The position numbers and the translations under genes were made by a program. The notes beneath the pieces were generated by a model, which saw nothing but the letters and a program-made list of their open reading frames with translations, did not search any database and was not told where the DNA came from. Positions 9,511 to 19,953 of a stretch of 64,000 nt of DNA are shown here, one piece after another. The stretch comes from Tricharina praecox (Eukaryota): contig NW_026250426.1 in NCBI RefSeq assembly GCF_024521635.1, positions 496,001 to 560,000 of the forward strand. Direction: 5' to 3'. The first letter of the stretch is position 1; every line of letters starts with the position of its first letter.

Positions 9511-12500
9511 GGTGTCCTCTTTGTTGTCAATGCGTGGTTGATAAGTAGATACCGCTTTACAACAACCACTGCTGCTGCTGAATATCTCTCTTGGTTGCCT
9601 GTGCGCTGTCCAACGACTGGTTGGTTCTGGTTGTGGAGGTCTTATGCGTCGAGGGTATGCAAAACCACCACTACTACTGCCACTTGTACTGTAGCCTTCG
9701 AAGTCAAAGAAGCGGACACCGATGCCAAGGACAAGCAACGTAAGCACGACAATTCTGACGAGGGGTCGCGAGGAGGAGAACGAGAAGTAGAAGTAGAAGA
9801 AGGAAGTGATATCTTGGTCTCCGTTCGAGGTTGCAACCGACGGATCTGGCTCAAAGATATCGGGGAGAAATATGGAGGAAGATTTATGAGAGAGAGGAGG
9901 AGAAGGAGGAGAAGAAGGAGGAGAAGAAGAAGATATCTCGTCAGTCACGACAAAGGAAGATGAAGGCTCCGAGATAGTGGTGCTGGGCAGCAGATGGGGA
10001 GCATATGGAGACGGGTTGCGCGGGGCGGAAACAGTAGTGGTAGCGGTAGCGCATCGGCTTACATGTCTCTGTGACGCTCGATGACGCTGCTGGCTGGCTC
10101 CTCCCAGTGCTCCTCCACCTTTGCCTTGAGGCACTTTGTTGGATTCCCCAATCAACATCCGGTGTAACCGGCCTTCTCTCCTTCTTCCGATCGATTACTG
10201 CTGACCTCTCTTCTCGTCCGCACTTTGCTCTCTTCCACACACACCCTTACCAGGTTTCCGCAATCAGTTCACGTTTTTTTGTTTCGATAATAATGGATTC
10301 CCCAGAATCCGGTTCCCTGCAAGTGGGCTCTTGTCCGGAATCACGGTGCGAGACACACACAGGACACACACGAGACAGCCCTTTCCACACGCCGCACTTA
10401 ACCGGGGCTTGCGTTGAAAGTTTGTGTGTGTGCTACGAGCGGTTTTTGGACGGATTGGCTGTCGTCGTGCAGGGCGATGTGGTGGGGTAGAAGAGATGGG
10501 GGGCAGGAAGGGCGAAAGTGCGTGCGAGCGAATAAAAACAGATGCGGCAGAAGTGAGTATGAAGGAAGGGGTAAACGACACGTTCCGTTATCTAGAGTAG
10601 AGGATGGTGCGTACTCTACAGGCACTCTGGAGGGAGGGGAGTGAGGGAGGGATTGTCGAGTAGGAAGGGCTCAGGGAGGGAGATGGGCGGTCGAGGTAGT
10701 GAGCGGCCCGGGGGAGGGAGGGGGAGCTGTTTTTCCGGGCTTTCCAATTTGCAGTTCGCAGAGGCCACGAGCGGCCAACCAGGACAGAGACCAGCCGCAT
10801 TCGGGCTAGAAAAAAAGAAAAAACGTTTGCGGAAGTGCTGCGTCGCATGCAGATGCTGCCAAGCCGGCCAAGCCGCAGCGAGTCGCACCCACGTCTCGAT
10901 GGGGAAGGTCTCACGCAGCTGACAAGCACAAGGCAGCCGAAGCCGCCACACAGCGCTCCTCCCCCGCCGCCACCAGAACGCCAGCCAGGTGGCAACGCTA
11001 TGTACGGCTCCCTGGCCGGCCATGTGGATTCCCCGCAAAACGGGAGGTGGAGTCAGATAAGGACGTCGAGTCGGTGATCATGGGTGACATGTGCCGGATG
11101 CTGAAGACTGAATCTGCGAGCTTGATACCGTATCACGTTTCAGGGTTCAGGCGGGGACGGTGATGCCCATCTCAATCCCATTTCTTCTCGAGCTCTCCTT
11201 CACTTCCACAGGTAGCCCTACGACCAGTTCGACTCGCCAGCCGCGGAAACGTCACATCACCTGGAGCTCTCGTCGAGACCAGTTCAGCCGTCGTCAATCA
11301 CACGACTACCTCGATCTACGATCCGTAGCAAATGCGGAGCTAAAACTTGCTGTAGCTTGAACGGGGAAGTGGGCACACCCCTCCAGAAACGCCCGTGGCG
11401 CTTACGTTCAGTACAGTTGGTGGCGAAACATGTGGTTCACTGTGTGTCACTCGATTCATGCGAGGGAGACAACAGATGTCGGGGGTCATGAAGCCAGAAG
11501 GGTTGTATGCGGAGGAAATGGGTCGCTGCCTGCATAGCGCTGGATATCTGGACTGTAGACAGGACGTCTGGAGTGCGTAGGTATGCCATGATCTAGAGAG
11601 GCCGAGTGCATTAGGTACCTATGGTTGAACCTGGGTCGTAAACCATCGCGTTTTCCCTCCTGACTGCCGCGGGGTCGGATGGGCACATACCACGTTCTTT
11701 GTACCCGGTATGATTAGTTTCAAGTAAAATAGTAAACACTAGTCAGCCTTGTACCGTAGTATGTAGCCTGTGCATTCCCGGACATCAAAGCATCATCACG
11801 CCGCGCGGGGGAGGCAATGGGATGATTACTTGGTGGTTGCCACGGAGCCGGGTTGGCGGTATTGAGGGTGATACTGGTACTTGCAGGTTCCTTGGGTATC
11901 GGTGGGTCGCTGTTGGTTTATTCTCCGCATAGAAGAGCGAGTGTGAATGTGTTATGCCTATGGTTTCGGCGTCTGTGATGGGCAATTCGTCCTGGCAGCT
12001 TTATTTGTTCGAGGGCTATTCACGATCTACATGTACCTAATTACCAATATCCCTCCAAGTCTGGTATGCTCCATTCACAGCTGTTCGGACTCCAGGGCCA
12101 GCAAGACTACCCATTGACCACTGATATCCCCCAGTTGTGCCCTCTGCCACTGCTTGTTGCTAGCCAACGCCCTTCGAGGCTATTCGCAGCCGGAGAAGTC
12201 AACGGCCTCCATTCAAGCCGTGGGTATGAGGTACCTAGATGGCTAAATCAGTATCTTCCCAGGAGAAGGCTAGAAATCCTCTAGTATGGAGCAAGGAATT
12301 AACCTCGAGTCCGAGGTGAGCAATGGTGCTCAAAGTCATCATGAAGTGGCCATTGGTGCTCATAAATTATTACACTGAGAGCAATCAATGACACATAACT
12401 ACCAGCTTACCGGGGAAAACGCTATAAACCAGTGCAAGGCTGAGTGGGTGAATGAAGCCTCTGATGATTGTTGTCGTAGCCAACTGTCTTGACCGATTTC

Positions 12501-12799
12501 TCGCAGACTTGTGCGAGAGCCCATAGACCACTGGAAGTCAGAATCCGCTGGTGCAATGGTCTATTGCTTGCGAGATACTCTTAAAACAGCTGGTCAAGAC
12601 TCAACAATTCAAGTCTCCAGCTATCGCCATACAACCGCTGAAGCCGATGCACGGTTCAGTGGTCCCACAACACAGCTCCTGGTATACTTGGGATGATTCC
12701 GTTCTCTTCCTGAATCTCGTGCTTCCGTGATATGGAACGGAGGCTGATGCCCTGGAGTCGTGTGTTTGAGCTTCCCACAAATCTTCGGCCTGGGATAAG

Positions 12800-13020
12800 T
12801 ACCCATGCCATGATCGATCATACTTGTCGGCGCTGAGCGTGAGGCTACAGTGAGAAAATGTGACTATTGCAGAGTGGAGCTACGTTTCTGGGAGGAGCTT
12901 CCCATGAATCTTCGACTCGGGATACCCATGCCATGATCGATCATGTATGATGTCGGTGCTGAACATGAGGCTGCAGTGAGAAAACGTGTCTGCCGCAGAG
13001 TGGGGTTACATTTCTAGAAG
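12800..13020. repeat. Degenerate tandem duplication, ~124-bp period
   Basis: TACCCATGCCATGATCGATCAT...GTCGG.GCTGA..TGAGGCT.CAGTGAGAAAA...GCAGAGTGG at ~12800 and ~12924. Confidence 0.85.
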
Positions 13021-13259
13021 CTCACGGACTCGGATTGCAGAAAATCCAATAATTTGACGGGTTTCTAGAACATCCGTTCTTCTCCGCATCATTCCAGGCA
13101 TCACATCACGTTGTCCGAGTGAGCTGAGACCGTCATTGTCACCTTTCATCTCGCCGCACCGCACCGCTCGCTCGCTCGCTTAACTCACCACCCCTGACGC
13201 ACCTTTCCTCCCCACCATCCACCCACGCACGGAGGAGCTCACCACGACAGCCAGCCGCA

Positions 13260-13789
13260 ATGACGACCACCGCGCTCCCCACCACCATTGTACGTCCCCT
13301 CCCCCTCCCCCCTCCCTCCCGCCCCCCCACTAACGCCCCCAGACCGAAAACGAGCTCACCTCGCTCCTCGCGCGGCTCTCCTCGAAGCCATCCGTCGACT
13401 CGCTGCTCGTTCTGGCGCGGGACACGGGCGCGATAATCCGGTCGACCGGCCCCCTCTCGCGCAGCACCAACACGACGAGCCAGGAGTATGCCGCCGCGGT
13501 GTACAAGTACGTGCAGGCGTCCGAGGAGCTCGCGGGGACGCTGGAGGGGATCGACGGCGGCGTGATGGGCGGTGTTGTGGTCGAGAAGGAGAGGCGCGAG
13601 CCGGGGACGGAGGAGGAAACTGTGAGGGATGATGTGCGGCTCTTGAGGTTTAGGACCAGGAGGAGGGAGCTGGTCGTTGTGCCTGGTGCGTTGAAGCCGT
13701 GAGAGGGGGGTTGGAGGGCTCAGGCTAATGTGGAAATAGATGCGAGGTTCATTCTGGTTGTGTTCATTGATACGCCTGCGGCGCCTTAG
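13260..13789 (+). CDS. Roadblock/LC7 domain protein, ~140 aa; exons 13260-13289, 13343-13685, 13740-13789
   Basis: Spliced product LLARLSSKPSVDSLLVLARDTGAIIRST...DDVRLLRFRTRRRELVVVPDARFILVVF is typical of Roadblock/LC7. Introns GTACGT..CTAAC..CAG and GTGCGT..CTAAT..TAG. Confidence 0.85.
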
Positions 13790-13869
13790 ACGGTGCACGC
13801 GGCCAGGGCAGATGATGATAGATTCACGGCGTTCGGGCGTTGTTACATATACCAATACAAGTACTGAAT

Positions 13870-15387
13870 CTAATGACATATGCTCTCCTTCTTTCTCAAT
13901 TCCTCAACCCGTTCCCTCCACCCAGTAGCACCTCCCTCCCTCCGAACAACCTCCGCCACATCTACCAGGAAATTGGTCTTCCTCCTCCGGCCAATGACAG
14001 CGACATTCCTCGTGCTCGGAATCCTGAGCACCTCTCGTTCAACAACCCATCCGCACTCTCGTGCGATCCTCTCCACGTACGCACACAGACTAGCATACGT
14101 ACTCTTAGAGAGGTTCATATTCAATCTCAGATCCCCGCTCTGCTCACTCTGCAGATCCTTCGGCGGCGGAAACCGTTTCTTCGCGCCCGAAAGATCATGC
14201 GAGCAGCAGGGGATAGCAATGAAGGGGCAATTACTCGCGGCCGCCAGAATCGGCGTCCACGGCGTCAGCTCATCCGTGTGATTGGAGATGATGAACGTGC
14301 CCTCCTCGAACCGTCCATCATGTTCCCCCTTCCCCGTTTCTATGCCATCATCCATTAGATACGGCACCAACACCATCTCGCGCAGCCTCTGCCTCGTCCT
14401 TGCCTCAAACCCATCCCAGCTCTTCCTCGCCCTGGCATCGAACCCACTGCCCGTCCAGCCCTCGCGGAGGAGCACATCGACCAGCACGCCATTGCCACAG
14501 CCGATATCGACAAATCCCATCCACCCCTTCTTCTCCTTGCCCTGGTACATGCGTTCCCACAGACATATCAAGAACGTCGCGATGAGTATATCCTCAAAGA
14601 CATGTTTCCTGGGATCCGTCTTCTCCCTCCACCCGCCAACGAGGCGGGTGGCGTGCTTCGCCCGCAGCGCAAGATACCGGTCCTGGAACTCCTCGCGCGG
14701 AATCACCAGGTCGTGGTGCACGCGCTTCTCGTAGCCCGCCTCGATCCCGCCCGCAAGCTTGATCGCCCGGCTCAGCAGGTGGTGCGCCGTGCGCTCCAGC
14801 CGCACATTGTTAGGCTCGCCGTTGGCATTGAAGTAGCTGTAGAGCAGGGAGACGCAGTACTGCGTCTCATCCCCGCCGTCGTCGTCATCGCCGTCGTCGT
14901 CCGACGATGACGCGGGGAAGAGCAGCCATGCCACGCCCCGCACCTTCGGCAGGTAGTACGGCGTGCTCTCGGCGCTGTCGCAGTGGTTGAGGTATACCAC
15001 TAGCTCGCGGATCTCGCCGGAGAGCGAGGCGTGCGTGAGGAAGTGGCAGGATTGGAGGGCCGGCGCGTCGCGGTGAGGGTTGCGCGGGACGAAGCGCCGG
15101 AGGAGCGTGCGCGTGGTCGCGAATGACGGGAGTGTGATGGAGCGTGGCTGCTCGGATTCACTGGGCGTGAGTGTGTCCGACCGCAGGATCCACGACGTGT
15201 TGTGTTCGGGATGCTCGAACATTTGGTGCAGTGAGGCGAGGAAGCTCGATGGCTTGTAGGGGAAGCGGGAGGTCAGCAGCGCGCTCCATATTTGCGGCGT
15301 GTTGGTGTGGTCGAGCGCGTATAGGTCTGGGGGGTGTGGGCGTTGCGGAGGCGGTGAGGACGGACTCGGACTCGCTGGAGTCGTCAT
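13870..15387 (-). CDS. TRM44: tRNA (uracil-O2'-)-methyltransferase Trm44, 505 aa
   Basis: YEKRVHHD, TDPRKHVFED, FVDIGCGNGVLV..L..EGW.G.GFDAR.RKSW, FIISNHTDELTPW, IPCCSH, LRIPSTRN. Confidence 0.92.
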   Translation of the reverse strand: MTTPASPSPSSPPPQRPHPPDLYALDHTNTPQIWSALLTSRFPYKPSSFLASLHQMFEHPEHNTSWILRSDTLTPSESEQPRSITLPSFATTRTLLRRFVPRNPHRDAPALQSCHFLTHASLSGEIRELVVYLNHCDSAESTPYYLPKVRGVAWLLFPASSSDDDGDDDDGGDETQYCVSLLYSYFNANGEPNNVRLERTAHHLLSRAIKLAGGIEAGYEKRVHHDLVIPREEFQDRYLALRAKHATRLVGGWREKTDPRKHVFEDILIATFLICLWERMYQGKEKKGWMGFVDIGCGNGVLVDVLLREGWTGSGFDARARKSWDGFEARTRQRLREMVLVPYLMDDGIETGKGEHDGRFEEGTFIISNHTDELTPWTPILAAASNCPFIAIPCCSHDLSGAKKRFPPPKDLQSEQSGDLRLNMNLSKSTYASLCAYVERIARECGWVVEREVLRIPSTRNVAVIGRRRKTNFLVDVAEVVRREGGATGWRERVEELRKKESICH

Positions 15388-15496
15388 AGCGGTGATGTTT
15401 TACTGCTGCTGCGGGGGTTTTGGCGCGGGGGGATCAGGTCCCATCCCAACCAACCAACCACCATGGTGACACCTAGCTTTATCCTGAATACCTTCA

Positions 15497-15580
15497 CCTC
15501 TCAACAACACCATTAACACGTCGATTTCAATCTATTCCGCCTCTCATCAACCCCATTAACACGTCCAATTCAATCCATTC
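15497..15580. repeat. 43-bp tandem duplication in the short TRM44/GNA1 divergent region
   Basis: CCTCTCA.CAAC.CCATTAACACGTC.A.TTCAATC.ATTC at 15497 and 15540. Confidence 0.8.
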
Positions 15581-15590
15581 AACCGCAACA

Positions 15591-16260
15591 ATGACCGCCC
15601 CCCTCTTCTCCCCTTCCCTAATCCCCGTCTCAATCCAATCCCAGCTTCCATCCGGTTACAAAGTCCGACCCCTAGAGCGCACCGACTACGGCCTGGGCTT
15701 CCTCGACGTCCTCCGGGTGCTCACGACCGTTGGTGACATCAGCGAGGAAGCATGGACGGAGCGCTACGACTGGATGGCAGAGCACTCGTCCGAGTACTTC
15801 ATTGTGTGCGTCGAAGACGACTCTGGGAAGGTTGTCGGCGTAGGCTCTCTCGTTGTTGAGCGGAAATTGTAGCTCTCCAACCCAACCCATTCTTATTCTT
15901 ATTCTTCTCCATTGACTTGGCAATGCTAATGAACGGGTGGGTGCATAGTCTCCGTAACCTAGCAGCGTGCGGCCACATCGAGGATATTGCCGTTGCGTCC
16001 GAGCAGCAGGGAAAGAAGCTGGGCCTGCTGATTATTCAGACGCTGGATGCCATTGCGCAGGCGGTGGGATGCTACAAGGCTATTCTTGATTGCTCCGAGA
16101 AGAATAGGCCGTTCTATGAGAAGTGCGGGTACAAGCTTGCGGGTATCCAGATGGTAAGTTGCACTGCCCGAAGGAGAGATGTGGGATGGGAGGCTGATGC
16201 GGACAGGCGAGGTACTACGACGGTAGCACGCCGAAGGATGCTCCTAAGGAGTCGACGTAG
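15591..16260 (+). CDS. GNA1: Glucosamine-6-phosphate N-acetyltransferase, ~178 aa; exons 15591-15868, 15949-16153, 16207-16260
   Basis: VRPLERTDYGLGFLDVLRVLTTVG, VERKF, GHIEDIAV..EQQGKKLG, GCYKAILDCSEKN..FYEKCG. Confidence 0.95.
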
Positions 16261-16783
16261 GTTTGGCATACCCGGGAGTTATAGAATTGGATGCTTGAGG
16301 GTGATAGATAGACGGTGTTGGAATTGTTTCAGTACTGTGGGAACATTACAGGCCTTCTTCTGTATAGCCACTCTATCCTGTCCTCTCAAGTCATCAACAC
16401 CCAATAACCACCCCACGGTCCAAAGCGTCATCAAGTGATCATCCCAAAACATACACTCGATTCATCAAGGTCACATCGGCCCGTATTGACGCAGAAGCCC
16501 ATAGCTCCGAAGGTGATGGGGGGCACCCAGACGAGTTGATAGCTCCGTTGTCTCATGCATTCTAAAGCAGCCAATACGACCATGAACTCACGCGTAAGAC
16601 AATATACAGCTGGAACCCAGGAGATCAAGCCTGCCGCTCTCGACTGATACAGCGAAGATCACTGAGCCGTCACACACAAGTGGTCGTCATATTTTTTCGA
16701 TGACGTATTCTCATGTTTTGAAATTATCATCGTAGAACGCCCACCGAAAAACCTTGATCCAACCCGCCCAACCCATTTAAAAC

Positions 16784-17700
16784 TTAACGAGTTTTGGGAG
16801 CCGCCTTGGGGGCAGCACCCTTGGCACCCTGCTTAGATACCTTCTGTGCCTGACCGCGGGCAGCACCGGCAGCGTTCTTGGCCTTCGCGGCCTTCTTCAC
16901 GCTCTCAGCGGCAGCCTTCTTCTCCTTGCCCTCCTTGATGGCGGCGGCACGGACAGCCTGGCGGGCCTCGGGACGCAGCGAACGCTTCTCCTTGATCACA
17001 TCGAGCGACAGACCAACGATGGGACGCTGGGCCTTGACGGTGCGGCGGGTGCGCTTCTTGGCGGTTTCCTATAGTGGTTGTCAGTCGTCACTCGCACCTA
17101 TGCGTATCTGTGACATGACAATGACGAACCTCGTGGACACCCTTCTTGTGCTGGCGACGGAAAAGAACAGTCCAGGCGATCCGTCTGGGGTTCTTGCGCT
17201 GAAGGAAGAGCGACTCGGACTTTCCGTTCACGAAGCGGAAGATCTTGGAGTCACCGCGGACAAAGAGCTTTCCCTTGGAGGGGTAGATCTTGCGACCTAG
17301 CAGTAGCGAAGGTTCGTTAGATCATGCTCGGCGGGTAGGAGTGAATAGACGCGGTCGGTGGATGGACTGAGTAGGCAAAGGCATACCGGAAAACGAATCT
17401 TGCTCGACCTGTTTGTACCAATAGTCAGCTTCTCGAGATCCCCATCAAGCTTAAAAAGCAACGTCCGCCTAAATATCCAGCTGTTGCTCAGAGCTGTGTT
17501 TGAACATAATCCCGTCCCTGCCTCTTCGCCAGAATAATCCCATCTCTTCCCGTTTCATTCTTGCAGCACTTCCCCAGCTTCCCAGCAATTCCCCCTATGT
17601 TCAAACACAGCTCTGCTCGCCTCCTCCTCTTTCCTCCGTATCGCCCCGCAACAGCCTCGTATTTTTTTCGGCCGCGACGCAAAAACAAACGTACCTTCAT
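16784..17700 (-). CDS. RPL24: 60S ribosomal protein L24 (eL24), ~159 aa; exons 17700-17695, 17408-17387, 17296-17130, 17068-16784
   Basis: MKVEQDSFSGRKIYPSKGKLFVRGDSKIFRF..GKSESLFLQRKNPRRIAWTVLFRRQHKKG..KKRTRRTVKAQRPIVG; canonical introns. Confidence 0.96.
17489..17615. repeat. Perfect 20-bp inverted repeat (87-nt loop) inside RPL24 intron 1
   Basis: CAGAGCTGTGTTTGAACATA (17489-17508) and TATGTTCAAACACAGCTCTG (17596-17615). Confidence 0.95.
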
Positions 17701-18691
17701 TGTAGCTGGTTAGTTCGTCGAAGGAAATCGGGGGGTCGGTCGGTCGGGGTCGTTGTTGTCGTCGTTTGATATTTCGTTTGTGGCGTTAGATTGGGGATGA
17801 TTTCCGCACCCGGCCGTGGTGCGCGCGAGAGTTCGTGTGTGTGGGGCTTTGGGCCCAAAAGACAAGTCACAACTAGAGGGCAAGGTGCGTGCTGTTTGTG
17901 GGCTTGGCGTAAGTTCATGACGTAGCACTCGGCTGGGAGAAGAACGGTGGCTTGAAGTGGCAATTTTTGATGATAATTGAGGCGTAGCTTTATGCACAAG
18001 AATCATAACGACTATGGTCGGCAGACGAGAATTGAACTATCCTCGCGGCAGAAGTTCGTCCTTGCGCACAAATAAATTGGGAAGAGAATATTCACACCAA
18101 CTAGGACCACGATGTGGATTAGCCACTCTAACGAAATGGGCCGCCAAAAACTATGCCCAATGCCAATGCTCACTCTCAGCATTTAAATAGGCGCATCAGC
18201 CGCAGTTGTGCGCTTCTCATTCGCTTACATGGTCGCTCATCCTGAACCCGGGGAGGTCGATACATACACTATCTAAATCGACAAACACCATCGATTGCCT
18301 TTGTGGCGTTTGACTATTGTCAACGATTAGATCTTCAATCTTTTACAGCTATCTTGTGTGTCCATACTAAAGATGGGGCAATGGCATCTGGTAGAGCTGA
18401 TGGGGATTGTCCTCTCTGTGAGGTATAAATGAAGCTTCCGTGCGGTTCGAGAAGGGGACAGTCCTTGGACATTAATTTCTCACAGCTGGCGAGACCAAAA
18501 CAACGCCGTAATATTTTTTGGAGTACATAGCCGGGTTACCCCCGCCGAGCGAACGATGTCTTGGGGGATGGAGGAAGTCCGTCATGATCGGGGTAACGGT
18601 CTTCTCATACTTTCTAAAGCAACATCTACTGGATATTCTGATGTACAGGAGTAAAAAATCCACCAGTTGTTCATTGATTCGACGTAGTAAA

Positions 18692-19544
18692 CTACAACTT
18701 CGCCGCCCCATTGGCCGCCCCATTGGCGGCCCTGCATTCATCAGTCCTCCTCCCATACCGGCATCCCCAAGCTACCAAGCACTTACAAAGTCTCCTTCAG
18801 GAAGTGCACCAGCTTCTTGTACCCCTTCTCATAGTACTCCAAATTCTCCTTATCCTTCAAGTTCGCCCTTGCAGCCATGAACCCGTGGAATGTTCCCTCC
18901 CACCTGAGCACCAGACTCTTCTCGCCGACGACGCCCTTGACGGCCTCCAGCACGGTCCTGAACCCCTCCGTCGCCGCCGCATCTTCATCCTTCGTCGACA
19001 AGCAAAAGTGGGGAATGGTGATCTTCGCAGCGTCGGCGGGATCCAACATAGCGGGATGCAACTGGGCACTCGCGGCGAACCCCTCGCCGGCACTCAGCAG
19101 CGTAACAATCTTGCCGCCCCAGCAGTAGCCAATGACGGCCCACCTATCGACGGCGGGGTAGGTCTGCTTAACGGCGGGCAGGACCTCCGCGCGGATTTTC
19201 TGCACCATGGGGCCGGGGTTGGCAAGGCCCGCAAAGAACGTCTGCAGCGCCTGCTGCTTCTCAGGGGTGTCGGGCGGGAAGTTCGCCATGTCCATGGGCG
19301 CGCCGTCGAATAGGTCGGGCATCACGACGAGGTGCCCAGAGGACCCAATGATGTCGCACCCCTGAAGCGTCTGCGGGAAGTCCATGCCGAAGATGTCGTA
19401 GATCACGAGCACGCCCGTCTTCGATGTGGTCGGGCCAACGGCGTACGTTCGCAGCGACGAGATCGTCGTGTACGTGCCCTGCGTCTGGTAGTTGTCGGTG
19501 TCCGAGACGACCGGGGGGATGGTGCAGCAGGCTTTGGATGTCAT
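18692..19544 (-). CDS. Dienelactone hydrolase family protein. Unspliced form 19544-18783 (253 aa, ends KETL); spliced form (intron 18786-18732) 265 aa, ends -AKL (PTS1).
   Basis: ACCTIPPV, YDIFG, VVMPDLF, GYCWGG nucleophile elbow, HGFMAAR. Terminal intron GTAAGT...ACTGAT...TGCAG. Confidence 0.9.
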
Positions 19545-19953
19545 TGTGGAGGTTGTGGTAATTGGTGATGGTGGGTTGGCGGTTGATTGATGTTGAGATG
19601 AGGTTTATGTATTATGTATTGACGGAAGGGAGTGCTGCTTCTTCTAAACAGCGGTTAACCCCGCCGGACTTAGCTGACTTAACTGACTTAACTGACGTCA
19701 ACATGGGCTCCCCAACCTCGGCGTATGCACAATCCCTGTTGCCGATAAACAATGCGACGATGTCTGGACAACGAAAAGTGCACACATATGGCAGCGGGTG
19801 CAGGTACTTCACAGAAAAGATTTAGACTGGTTACTTCACGCGAATGGTCGACCAGTAAACGACAGATCCCTCTCCACCAGTTCCATTACTAACTATATCC
19901 TTCTAATCCCACTGCAAAAAATCAAAGAGGTATCAAACACTGTCCATCCCGCT

